From: Octopus vulgaris
Taxonomy: Eukaryota
Direction of reading: 5' to 3'
DNA: 64,000 nucleotides
Assembly (NCBI GenBank): GCA_951406725.2
Contig: OX597824.1
Span: forward strand, 10,788,001 to 10,852,000
Both the position numbers and the translations under genes were made by a program. How positions within the stretch are numbered: position 1 is the first letter of the stretch; each line of letters begins with the position of its first letter. Below the pieces are notes generated by a model. The model was not told the origin of the DNA. It saw nothing but the letters and a program-made list of their open reading frames with translations, and did not search any database. Positions 12,154 to 26,527 of this stretch are shown here, piece after piece.

Positions 12154-13603
12154 AGAGTACAAACTATCTTTCTTATGATAAAACTGTAATCCCAATTACA
12201 CGGTTATTTAGAGTACAACTACCTTTCTTATGATAAAACTGTAATCCCAATTACACGGTTATTTAGAGTACAACTACCTTTCTTATGATGGAACTGTAAT
12301 CCCAATTACACGGTTATTTAGAGTACAACTACCTTTCTTATGATGGAACTGTAATCCCAACTACACGGTTTTTAGAGTACAGCTACCTTTCTTATGATGG
12401 AACTGTAATCCCAATTACACGGTTATTTAGAGTACAACTACCTTTCTTATGATGGAACTGTAATCCCAATTACACGGTTATTTAGAGTACAACTACCTTT
12501 CTTATGATAAAACTGTAATCCCAATTACACGGTTATTTAGAGTACAACTACCTTTCCTATGATAAAACTGTAATCCCAACTACACGGTTATTTAGAGTAC
12601 AACTACCTTTCTTATGATGGAACTGTAATCCCAATTACACGGTTATTTAGAGTACAACTACCTTTCCTATGATAAAACTGTAATCCCAACTACACGGTTA
12701 TTTAGAGTACAACTACCTTTCTTATGATGGAACTGTAATCCCAATTACACGGTTATTTAGAGTACAACTACCTTTCCTATGATAAAACTGTAATCCCAAT
12801 TACACGGTTATTTAGAGTACAACTACCTTTCCTATGATAAAACTGTAATCCCAACTACACGGTTATTTAGAGTGCAACTACCTTTCTTATGATGGAACTG
12901 TAATCCCAATTACACGGTTATTTAGAGTACAACTACCTTTCCTATGATAAAACTGTAATCCCAATTACACGGTTATTGAGAGTACAACTACCTTTCTTAT
13001 GATGGAACTGTAATCCCAACTACACGGTTTTTAGAGTACAACTACCTTTCTTATGATAAAACTGTAATCCCAATTACACGGTTATTGAGAGTACAACTAC
13101 CTTTCTTATGATAAAACTGTAATCCCAACTACACGGTTATTTAGAGTACAACTACCTTTCTTATGATAAAACTGTAATCCCAATTACACGGTTATTTAGA
13201 GTACAACTACCTTTCTTATGATGGAACTGTAATCCCAATTACACGGTTATTGAGAGTACAACTACCTTTCTTATGATGGAACTGTAATCCCAACTACACG
13301 GTTTTTAGAGTACAACTACCTTTCTTATGATAAAACTGTAATCCCAATTACACGGTTATTGGGGGTACAACTACCTTTCTTATGATGGAACTGTAATCCC
13401 AATTACACGGTTATTTAGAGTACAACTACCTTTCTTATGATAAAACTGTAATCCCAATTACACGGTTATTTAGAGTACAACTACCTTTCTTATGATGGAA
13501 CTGTAATCCCAATTATACGGTTATTTAGAGTACAACTACCTTTCTTATGATGGAACTGTAATCCCAACTACACGGTTTTTAGAGTACAGCTACCTTTCTT
13601 ATG
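12154..13603. repeat. 55-bp minisatellite, ~26 copies
   Basis: Unit AACTACCTTTCTTATGATAAAACTGTAATCCCAATTACACGGTTATTTAGAGTAC with AA/GG, T/C and short-deletion variants. Confidence 0.97.
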
Positions 13604-14014
13604 CATATGTATACTGAGTTCGAATAAGCGGTCTATAAGTATCGCTATGCTTAACCGAATGCACGTACACACATATCGTTAAGCATAATAAGGGAAAGAA
13701 ATGGGAAGAGAGACTACGTGCTTGTGTGGGAGTCGATTTAATTAACAAAATCAGTTACCTTCCTTTGTCTTTTCCTCTCCATTATTCTACAATGCAGTGC
13801 ACCCACTGACATTGATCCATGACGTCATTTACTCTGTCAATGTCTCTCCTTGGCTTAATTTTTAATTGTTTATAAACTCTGCGGTTCTCAGTTTGTCATT
13901 TAAATTATTGTGAGTTCATTATTTCATATTCACAAATTTGAAAAATATTTTCAGTTGAGAATTTCCTCTCTGAAACTTAAGAGTAAGTTAACGAAAAAAA
14001 AAAAATAAATAAAC

Positions 14015-14177
14015 AGGCGTAGGAGTGGCTGTGTGGTAAGTAGCTTGCTAACCAACCACATGGTTCCGGGTTCAGTCCTACTGCGTGGCATCTTGGGCAA
14101 GTGTCTTCTACTATAGCCCCGGGCCGACCAATGCCTTGTGAGTGGATTTGGTAGACGGAAACTGAAAGAAGCCTGTC

Positions 14178-14239
<62 letters not shown>

Positions 14240-14304
14240 TTGTGTGTCCCCCTAGCATTGCTTGACAACCGATGCTGGTGTGTTTACGTCCCCGTCACTT
14301 AGCG
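14015..14304 (+). mobile_element. SINE family A, 3'-truncated (duplicate at ~17119-17402)
   Basis: AGGCGTAGGAGTGGCTGTGTGGTAAG head and internal (TA)n. Confidence 0.9.
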
Positions 14305-15376
14305 TAAAATTTGTGTCTGTTCATATAGTCTATATACCTATCCGTCTGTATATTGATCTGTTTACTTACATATCTATATGCTTACATACAGAAATAAAAA
14401 TAAATAAATAAAAGATTATATAAAAAAAGGTGCATACAGACACACTCACACCCACATACATACATTTATCTACCTAACAGTCCACTAACTATTCTACTTT
14501 ACCTGTGTGAGTTGTGGGTATGGAGGTATGTTATTTATTGTGTATATTTCCTATTTAGTATTGGGAAGGTTTCATTTATAAGGACGTACTCCCGTATTTG
14601 TATGAGTGTTGGGTCTTTTGGGTGCTTGGATAAGATGCGGATGTCAAGTTGACCCAAGTTACCTCCATGGTGGTAACATGTCAAAGACCACCATGTATAT
14701 ATACACGACGGGTTTCTTTCATTTTCCGTCTGCCAAATCCACTCACAAGGCTTAGGTCAGCCCGGAATCATATGGTTGGTTAGCAAGCTACATACCACAC
14801 AGCCATAAAGTTAAACTTCATAGAGATTAAAAATTCATGAAATTATCTTTGAAAGCTTTTGCCCAAAGAACGTTTAAGAAATTTCATCTTAGCCAAGACC
14901 TTGTTTAGGCCAAATTCCTCCAACAATTGTCTATTCTGTTTTTCTTTCTTTCCATGGTGAGGTTCTTTTTTCTCGATAATTTTATCTTTTTTACTTTTAG
15001 ATTTCTTTTTCTTTTTCATTTTATTCTTTCTGTAAAAATATGTTAGTAATAAAATGTATTACCTTTTTAAAAAATAATTTTCCACCTAGAGTCCCTTAAC
15101 TCCCTGCAGATAGCAGCCCCCCCCCGACCTTAGAAAATATGCAATCATGCATATTCGTAAAAAATTATGCTCGACTAAAGGTGGTGCTCCAGCATGGCCG
15201 CAGTCAAATGACTGAAACAAGTAAAAGAGTAAAGAGTAATATAGAATATAACACAAAAGTAACAACCCCTCTGACCCTATTTATCACGAAACCCCTTGTT
15301 ATTTCTCACAGAACCCTAACGATCTCTCCTGAACCTCGAAGAGGACCTTTGGTTGGGAAGCGGTGATCCAGAGATA

Positions 15377-15759
15377 GTGGAGGCGCAATGGCCCAGTGGT
15401 TAGGGCAGCGGACTCGCGGTCGTAGGATCGCGGTTTCGATTCCCAGACCGGGCGTTGTGAGTGTTTATTGAGCGAAAACACCTAAAGCTTCACAAGGCTC
15501 CGGCAGGGGATGGTGGTGAACCCTGCTGTACTCTTTCACCACAACTTTCTCTCACTCTTACTTCCTGTTTCTGTTGTACCTGTATTTCAAGGGGCCGGCC
15601 TTGTCACTCTCTGTGTCACGCTGAATCTCCCCGAGAACTACGTTAAGGGTACACGTGTCTGTGGAGTGCTCAGCCACTTACACGTTAATTTCACGAGCAG
15701 GCTGTTCCGTTGATCGGATCAACCGGAACCCTCATCGTCGTAACCGACGGAGTGCTTCC
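15377..15759 (+). mobile_element. SINE family C, full length (duplicate at 18413-18797)
   Basis: A/B boxes, ends ...GTAACCGACGGAGTGCTTCC. Confidence 0.9.
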
Positions 15760-15762
15760 TCC

Positions 15763-16110
15763 TCTACTATAGCCTCAGGCTGACCAAAGCCTTGTTAGTG
15801 GATTTGGTAGACGGAAACTGTGTGTGTGCGCGCGCGCGCGCGCGTGTGTGTGTCTATGTTTATCTCCCACCATCACTTGGCAACTGGAGTTGGTGTGCTT
15901 ATCTCCCTGTAACTTAGCAGTTTGGCAAAAGAGACCGATAAAATAAATGCCAGGCTTTTTAAAAAAAGTACTTGGTGCGATTCATTCGACTAAAAATTCT
16001 TCAAGGCGGTGCCTCCAGAATGGCCGCAGTCTAATGACTGAAACAAATAAAAGAGTAAACGAGTAAAAGTTTAGTGGTGGAGAAAGAATACCACCATCAC
16101 CACCACCACC

Positions 16111-16144
<34 letters not shown>

Positions 16145-17281
16145 CTACATTCTATACCAAGTCTTTCTCCGCCACCACCGCCACGTTATTTTAAACTTTG
16201 CTTGCAATTTGTGTCGAGCCGATTACCTCGCAGTATTTCTTTCCCGCTTCTTTGCCTTCAAAGTCCAATCCCGCCCTTGGCTTGTTTAGGTGACACTCTT
16301 CATCTGCTGCTTGGTTTAGCACCGTAAATAAAATAAACGTAAAATAATATTCGGCAGTACTCGACTAAATACGGCAATAAAACGGATCTGAGAGACTGTT
16401 CCTTTTTTGATAATGAAAGTTGAGTTGATTGCAAAAAGTTGAATCACACATGGTTTTTGTGTTAAGAGTACAAACTATCTTTCTTATGATAAAACTGTAA
16501 TCCCAATTACACGGTTATTTAGAGTACAACTACCTTTCTTATGATAAAACTGTAATCCCAATTACACGGTTATTTAGAGTACAACTACCTTTCTTATGAT
16601 GGAACTGTAATCCCAACTACACGGTTTTTAGAGTACAGCTACCTTTCTTATGATGGAACTGTAATCCCAATTACACGGTTATTTAGAGTACAACTACCTT
16701 TCTTATGCATATGTATACTGAGTTCGAATAAGCGGTTTATAAGTATCGCTATGCTTAACCGAATGCACGTACACACATATCGTTAAGCATAATAAGGGAA
16801 AGAAATGGGAAGGGAGACTACGTGCTTGTGTGGGAGTCGATTTAATTAACAAAATCAGTTACCTTCCTTTGTCTTTTCCTCTCCATTATTCTACAATGCA
16901 GTGCACCCACTGACATTGATCCATGACGTCATTTACTCTGTCAATGTCTCTCCTTGGCTTAATTTTTTAATTGTTTATAAACTCTGCGGTTCTCAGTTTG
17001 TCATTTAAATTATTGTGAGTTCATTATTTCATATTCACAAATTTGAAAAATATTTTCAGTTGAGAATTTCCTCTCTGAAACTTAAGAGTAAGTTAACGAA
17101 AAAAAAAAATAAATAAACAGGCGTAGGAGTGGCTGTGTGGTAAGTAGCTTGCTAACCAACCACATGGTTCCGGGTTCAGTCCTACTGCGTGGCATCTTGG
17201 GCAAGTGTCTTCTGCTATAGCCCCGGGCCGACCAATGCCTTGTGAGTGGATTTGGTAGACGGAAACTGAAAGAAGCCTGTC

Positions 17282-17337
<56 letters not shown>

Positions 17338-18797
17338 TTGTGTGTGTCCCTAGCATTGCTTGACAACCGATGCTGGTGTGTTTACGTCCCCGTCACTTAG
17401 CGTAAAATTTGTGTCTGTTCATATAGTCTATATACCTATCCGTCTGTATATTGATCTGTTTACTTACATATCTATATGCTTACATACAGAAATAAAAATA
17501 AATAAATAAAAAATTACATAAAAAAGGTGCATACAGACACACTCACACCCACATACATACATTTATCTACCTAACAGTCCACTAACTATTCTACTTTACC
17601 TGTGTGAGTTGTGGGTATGGAGGTATGTTATTTATTGTGTATATTTCCTATTTAGTATTGGGAAGGTTTCATTTATAAGGACGTACTCCCGTATTTGTAT
17701 GAGTGTTGGGTCTTTTGGGTGCTTGGATAAGATGCGGATGTCAAGTTGACCCAAGTTACCTCCATGGTGGTAACATGTCAAAGACCACCATGTATATATA
17801 CACGACGGGTTTCTTTCATTTTCCGTCTGCCAAATCCACTCACAAGGCTTAGGTCAGCCCGGAATCACATGGTTGGTTAGCAAGCTACTTACCACACAGC
17901 CATAAAGTTAAATTTCATAGAGATTAAAAATTCATGAAATTATCTTTGAAAGCTTTTGCCCAAAGAACGTTTAAGAAATTTCATCTCAGCCAAGACCTTG
18001 TTTAGGCCAAATTCCTCCAACAATTATCTATTTTGTTTTTCTTTCTTTCCAAGGTGAGGTTCTTTTTTCTCGATAATTTTATCTTTTTTACTTTTAGATT
18101 TCTTTTTCTTTTTCATTTTATTCTTTCTGTAAAAATATGTTAGTAATAAAATGTATTACCTTTTTAAAAAATAATTTTCCACCTAGTGTCCCTTAACTCC
18201 CTGCAGATAGCAGCCCCCCCCACCCCACCGACCTTAGAAAATATGCAATCATGCATATTCGTAAAAAAATATGAATATAGAATATGACACAAAAGTAACA
18301 ACCCCTCTGACCCTATTTATCACGAAACCCCTTGTGATTTCTCACAGAACCCTAACGATCTCTCCTGAACCTCGAAGAGGACCTTTGGTTGGGAAGCGGT
18401 GATCCAGAGATAGTGGAGGCGCAATGACCCAGTGGTTAGGGCAGCGGACTCGCGGTCGTAGGATCGCGGTTTCGATTCCCAGACCGGGCGTTGTGAGTGT
18501 TTATTGAGCGAAAACACCTAAAGCTTCACAAGGCTCCTGCAGGGGATGGTGGTGAACCCTGCTGTACTCTTTCACCACAACTTTCTCTCACTCTTTCTTC
18601 CTGTTTCTTTTGTACCTGTATTTCAAAGGGCCGGCCTTGTCACATTCTGTGTGTCACGCTGAATCTCCTCGAGAACTACGTTAAGGGTACACGTGTCTGT
18701 GGAGTGCTCAGCCACTTGCACGTTAATATCACGAGCAGGCTGTTCCGTTGATCGTATCAGCTGGGACCCTCATCGTCGTAACCGACGGAGTGCTCCT
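15763..18797 (+). repeat. Tandem segmental duplication, copy 2
   Basis: Matches 11424-15759 but has only ~4 minisatellite units (16465-16706). Confidence 0.95.
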
Positions 18798-19407
18798 AAA
18801 AAAGATCCAGAGATAATATTTTCACTCAGTTATGAATCTCAATCAGATTTTCTTTTTCGTTCAACGCATATTAAATCATTTGCAATTTTACCTGTGCTAA
18901 TTTTGGAAACCGCTTGTTTTTCCATAATCCCAACAACCAGCTGATAAATACATGTTCAGCTGTTTTCTATTGACGTGATTTACAGAAAATATTAACAGCC
19001 CGTGAGAGGATGTCTCCCTTGTAAATCAAGTTTGGCTGCGAAATTTATGCTGCTTCTCAGACAGTAATTGCTGTGGACCCAATGTCCTGACATACCTAGC
19101 ATTCACACTCACCGACACGTGATGCTATTCATATTAACCCTTTGATACCAATTCACATGACAACCTCTCCTTCTGTTATAGAGAAATGTCAAATTTTAAA
19201 GTGCTCATATTAAAATACAGTAAGTCATAAATAAAACGATTGTTGCATCATCATTTTTTAAATAGCTGTGTGTGTCTTTATCTACGCACCTATGCATGTA
19301 TATGAGTTTGTGTGGGGGTGGGGCGCGAACAGGAGCAGGATTCACACACACATGCACACGCACGCACGCGCGCACACACACACACATACACACTTTTGCA
19401 TGTTGGT

Positions 19408-19704
19408 GAAAATCACATTTGTTTTCTAGGAATTAATAATATAAACGTTACAAACATGTGCAATTACGTAATTTTAGCCAATAGGAAACTTCCATTCCCT
19501 GCATACAAGAAGTCGCACAAGTGCGTCTGTATGGGAACGGACACCACATAGACGAAACTTTTACGTGGTTTCTCGACCTACTAGAAACAGCCGCCAAATC
19601 TTCCTTAAACCACTTCATAACAGTTTAGAAAAACAAAAACACGAAACATTGTTCCACAGTATCATATATTTCCTCACTTTAGGGACAGGCCCATGTGTTT
19701 TCCA
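19408..19704 (+). repeat. Direct repeat of ~10918-11230
   Basis: Near-identical TTTGTTTTCTAGGAATTAATAAT...GTGTTTTCCAC. Confidence 0.9.
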
Positions 19705-20559
19705 CACCAAATGAGATGTAGACATTAAAAAACACAAGAGTATAATGAAATTGAAATAAATTCGTGCTGAATGTGTAAAGTTGGTTAAGCGGTGTGAGGG
19801 TAATAACTCGATTTTGTACTGTATTTCTAACGAAATACGCACACAAATAAATGAATAAATAAATGAAGTTCGTAGCTTGGTGGTTAAGGTATTCAGCTCA
19901 CAATTATAACTTCATTGGTTCGATTTCTGGACTGGGTGATGCGTTGTATCTTTGCGCAAATATAATTGCACATAATTATATTCTTACGCGTGCACATTCC
20001 ACACACACGCATATATTTATAATGTACACACACATACACACACATTTAATTATCTGTATACATTTACACGCAAATGTAAATGTGTATAAAACAAACCTAA
20101 GTGGGAAAGGAGGGAATATGCATTTTTTGTGTGTGGTACATCTTGTGCGTGGTAGTTAAAACCCCACTGCAGTCATGATTGGCCACGGGGATGCACCTAC
20201 AAAAGCTCCCCTCTAAGGCACAAGTCCTGGAAAGGTTGTTTATGCTCCAGTTCACTCATCTGTAGAAATGAGTTATGACCTTTGCCTTTCCCTTAAATAA
20301 CATCGTTGGGGTGGAGAGGGGAGGCTAGTATGTAAGGGCAACTGCTGGCCTTCCATAAACAACCTAGCGCAAACTTCTGCCTCGGAGGTGCAATCCCGTG
20401 GTCATTCATGACCAAAGGAGGTCTTTACCTTTTACATTGTTGTTACCCATTCAGATTTACAATTGAGGCTAAGTTCGTATTCTCGTATATTGACTGAGTC
20501 AGTGACTTGTCAATGTATCGTATTATAGGGATGTGTAGATATCTGTACTGAGTCTATGC

Positions 20560-21300
20560 TTTTCTAGTGCGTCTTGCTTAAAGAAGAAATTCAAGTAGCT
20601 TCCTGTTCAATACGGTTGATCTATTGCTCACTGAATCGTTCGCCAGTGCTAAGAATAGTCTCTCCTATGCCAGTCCCAACGAGGTCAGCAGATATTCCAT
20701 CGAGGCACTTTATATAGTATAATGTATTTCTAGCCTTAGAATAGTTCTTCAGTTCCAACACGTGGTCTCAAATCAAGTCACCAGACAAACTCAACTTCGA
20801 AACTTATACATACATCTATTTTACATACACACAACTTTGTTCAGTACGAATTCGAATAATACAAAATCGACGTAGTACGAATTTATATTTTGGTGCAAAA
20901 ATTGAAATCCGATCTTTCATATCATTCAATGATTCAATAACTCATTGATCAGTTTGGTTTTGACTATTTTGGGCGATAACATTTTGCAGTTACATACGAC
21001 TTTTAAGCAGTTACACGTGTGTAACAAATATGAATTGGAAATAAAATAACAGAAAAAGATAAATGAACATCTGTGATTGTGGGTGAGGGTGCAAACAGCC
21101 CAAAGAAACAGAAGTAAAGTCAAGACAGAAAGGAAATGTCTTGTACGTATGGAGGGTTGTAATCAAAAGTGCATAAGGAAGTGTTTTCAGAATAGGTGTG
21201 TTATTGTGTTCGACTTTTCTTAATGTTTTTATGTCAATCGATTTTGCAGGTTTAATATACACCATATTTTATTTTAAATCTTTTTCATTGTATACCACCC
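20560..21300 (-). pseudogene. Degenerate Penelope-like element ORF end (RT C-terminus/linker and GIY-YIG endonuclease)
   Basis: Minus-strand KPAKSIDIKTLRK...LPY (~21180-21255) and SKARNTLYYIKC...GIGETILSTGERFSEQ (~20624-20740), resembling the NxIYxIxC...YIGET...ERFxEH motif. Confidence 0.55.
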
Positions 21301-21349
21301 GTAACTATCAAATCACATGTAAATTTAAACACAGCTGGACGCTTACTTA

Positions 21350-21638
21350 TTTATATGTATACACATATGTATATATGCATATGTATGCGCGCATTGTGTG
21401 GGTACGTACATGTATGTGTATATGCATATGTGTGTATATATTTGTTTGTATATATATGCATGTATATATATATATATTTATATATATATGTGTGTGTGTG
21501 TGTGTGTATGTGTGTGTGTGTGTATATATGTGTGTGTGTATATGTGTGTGTGTGTGTATATATATATATATGTGTGTGTGTGTATATATATATATGTGTG
21601 TGTGTGTGTATATATGTGTGTGTATATGTGTGTATATA

Positions 21639-21671
<33 letters not shown>

Positions 21672-21787
21672 ATGTGTGTGCGTGTGTGTATATATATATG
21701 TGTGTGTGTGTGTGTATGTATGTATATGTATATTATGTATGCGTGTGTATGTGCCTATGTGTGTGTATGTATATATATAATATATAT
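21350..21787. repeat. Compound (TG)n/(TA)n microsatellite
   Basis: Alternating TG and TA runs. Confidence 0.95.
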
Positions 21788-22820
21788 TCAATCCTTATGA
21801 TACATTGCTTTATATGGTATGTATTTCACTATATTAATTATCCTCGTACAGAGAGAAGGTTTCCTATACTTTTTCACTTATATTTCAAATATCCATTAGC
21901 CACATCAGTTTTAGTTCGTACACAACTAGACTCAACACTACCTAAGCATGTTATTATATTTCAGCTTTCATAATCATTTTATGAATATTCGAATGAGTCA
22001 TGTGACACGGACTCTATATAGTCTTCTGTTACAACATAATATTCTTCTGATACTATCTTTCTGATAGTATTATTTGAGTTTATTTTGTGAGATAGTTTAT
22101 AACGTAAAATATTATAGAATAGGTAGTGAAAAGGTTTTTTTACTTTTTTTCTTTATATACTATTGAATTTAATAATAAGTACTTTGTTTATTTTATCCAT
22201 GAGTGAAATATTAGTTCTAGACATAAATTAATTTACTTATATAATAAGTTTTAATTATTTGTGAGGATATTGTTGAAATATATACAAAATACTATTGCAG
22301 GGTTGTGGTTGCAACGTTGTTGATATAAGATATATTATAAGTCTATACATGTTTTGTATAGAGTTCAGTACATAGTTAGTATCGGATCAAATTAGATGTT
22401 TATTTAATTAAGAAATTAATATATAATTTATTTAATTAATTAATATAGATTAAATTATAGTAATTTAGCTTAACTTGAGTATATGATGTATTTTAAGTAT
22501 TTTCATTTTAATTCATTGGACTCTTATATTTTTCCAATAAAGATATACTATAGTTTGTTTAGATTATTCTCAAAGCTAAAATATATCTTCACAGATAAAA
22601 TACATATTTCTATCTATTTGCTCTATTTTTGTTTACCTTAGGTTTCTAACGTGATAAATGTATTATAAACACCTGGTCCTACTTTTAAAGTTTCAAATTT
22701 AATTTACAGAGTTTCTTCTATGAAAAAAATCATGTTCTTATTTCTTTAAAAAATATTGTTTAATTGTTTGAAAATTTATTAAAAATATGTATTTACATAA
22801 CAATTATTGTTATTATTGTT

Positions 22821-22926
22821 GACCTGAGGAGTGACTATACTTTTAAATTGAATTGTTTTTGGATCGATTAAATTTAAATTTAATTGTAATTCGAATTGAA
22901 ATTATAACCACGAAACGTACGTAGTC
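22821..22926 (+). ncRNA. Candidate type I hammerhead ribozyme with long stem II
   Basis: GAC-CTGAGGA-GTG...CAC-GAA-ACGTACGT-A-GTC; intact canonical core, GUA triplet. Confidence 0.65.
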
Positions 22927-23167
22927 TTTTTATTTATTATATACTATTTATTATTATGTACTTTTAGTGATCTAGATAAATGTTTTATCATATATATTAT
23001 TTTTTCTATATGATATGTTTTATGACTATCATTATTTGAATTAAATAATAGTGGTTTTCTCTAATTTATATATATATATTATATATTTCTATTGTGAAAG
23101 TTGATTTGATACTAAATTTAATTTTTCCCTGTAAGTTTGGAGTTATACTCCCTAATATTATTATTAT

Positions 23168-24609
<1,442 letters not shown>

Positions 24610-24613
24610 CTAT

Positions 24614-24959
24614 AATTGCAGCGTGGAAGGTGTTTGTAAGCCATTTAAGAAACACACAAAAGCCGTTCGATTCGCTTCAATATTTAAGTTTAATTTGTCA
24701 AAATATTTTCGTCGCTTTAAGACCGTGACCTGTTCACTGACAAAAATCCGTGCTGCATCTCGGATTTTTGTCAGTGAACAGGTCGCGGTCTTAAAGCGAC
24801 GAAAATATTTTGACAAATGAAACTTAAATATTGAAGCGAATCGAACGGCTTTTGTGTGTTTCTTAAATGGCTTACAAACAACTTCCACGCTGCAATTGTT
24901 TTCGTTTCAGCACACGATCTCAGATCAAATCACTTGCTATGCAAGTACATCTCCGTAAT
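24614..24959. mobile_element. Penelope-like pseudo-LTR with inverted 5' copy (137-bp arms)
   Basis: Arms 24614-24750 and 24761-24897 with a 10-nt loop; family copy at ~57740-57981. Confidence 0.7.
24767..24817 (+). ncRNA. Candidate type I minimal hammerhead ribozyme, G3:C8 core variant
   Basis: TTTGTCA-GTGAACA-G-GTCGC(GGTCTTAAA)GCGAC-GAA-AATATT-T-TGACAAA; mirror at 24694-24744 on minus strand. Confidence 0.65.
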
Positions 24960-24973
24960 ATATATATATATAA

Positions 24974-25065
<92 letters not shown>

Positions 25066-25246
25066 GTATATAAAAGGTTAGCTGAGTTAGATGTTAAAAT
25101 ACCCGTCTAAAGGATAGAAGCACCCGTGATATACTACCGGTATATTGCCTATGTTTAAACTTGGGTATATGCATGCAAGCATATTATGCTCATAAATTAT
25201 AGGTAAAGACAAGGCTAAACAGGAATTTTTCAATCAAAATTTAAAG

Positions 25247-26018
25247 GAAACAGAAAATGGAGATATATTGGTGAACAACAATTGACTTACATCAAATATT
25301 ATTTATTAATTCAATACAAATAGACTGCATCCCGTCTAACAGCTGTTTCTGCTTCCAATATTGTATGGTATTGGCTTTGATTTGATAAAGATTATTATAT
25401 TTAGTAATAAGACCGATCAATAACAAAGATGCAATAAGATTTTAGATTAATCATAATAATTTATAATAATTATGTTTGTAGTACTAATCAATAATACTAT
25501 CATAATAGCATTTTATTATGATAAATATTATTAATAACTACTACTAACATAATTATTATAAATTATTATTATTAATCTAAAACCTAATTGTATTTTCACT
25601 CCTCCGACTAAAACCTATTGGTGTATCCCACTATTATTTTTTTAATTATTATTTACCCATCCTATCCATCCCGTACGAAGGATTAATCCACCAATTACAA
25701 TTTTAAGTTTAGTCATTTACTTAACGTCCCAAAGAGATACACAAGCAAAATGGTATGATTCCAACCATATTCAACTTTTCCCCCGTTCTTCTCTATTTCC
25801 TTCTTCTTAATGTATTCTTCACTCTGATGAAGTTCCATGTTTCAGATCGGTCTCATTACTAAATATGATAAATATTTTTAGCATATCAATGGCAATACCA
25901 TTCAACATCGGAAGCAGAAACAGCTGTTAGACGGGATGCAATCTATTTGTATTGAATTAATAAATGATAATTGATGTAAGTCAATTGTTGTTCATCAATA
26001 TTTCTCCGTTTTCTGTTT
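25247..26018. mobile_element. Diverged inverted repeat (Penelope-like pseudo-LTR pair)
   Basis: Arms ~25247-25418 and ~25845-26018; hammerhead-like core CTGATGA...GAAACAGCTGTT at 25822-25930. Confidence 0.6.
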
Positions 26019-26216
26019 TCTTTCTTTACACCCACACACACACATGCGCGCGCGCGTGTGTGTGTGTGTGTGTGTGTGCAACATTTGGTATAATTATAAA
26101 CAGGACAAATTTTAGCCATTTCTCCGGAGACTGAAAAATAAATGATGAACAACCTTAATCGATTTTCGAACCTGGGTTCTCATCAGAGGATCCTACACAT
26201 ATATACATATATATTT

Positions 26217-26250
<34 letters not shown>

Positions 26251-26484
26251 GTAAACATATATATAGACGTATATATACATATACGTAAACATATATATAT
26301 AGACATATATATACATATAAATACACATATATATGTACATATATATACATATACATACACATATATATGTACATATATATACATATACATACACATATAT
26401 ATGTACATATATATACATATACATACACATATATGTACATATATATACATATACATACACATATATGTACATATATATACATTC

Positions 26485-26523
<39 letters not shown>

Positions 26524-26527
<4 letters not shown>

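Larger units (their letters stand above)
11424..15759 (+). repeat. Tandem segmental duplication, copy 1
   Basis: Near-identical over unique sequence to 15763-18797. Confidence 0.95.

Noticed and set aside
12154-13603. CRISPR-like array with palindromic repeat
   Set aside because: Units are contiguous with no unique spacers, there are no cas genes, and the context is eukaryotic; it is a minisatellite.
15377-15452. tRNA gene
   Set aside because: A/B boxes continue into a shared SINE body in several copies; these are SINE heads.
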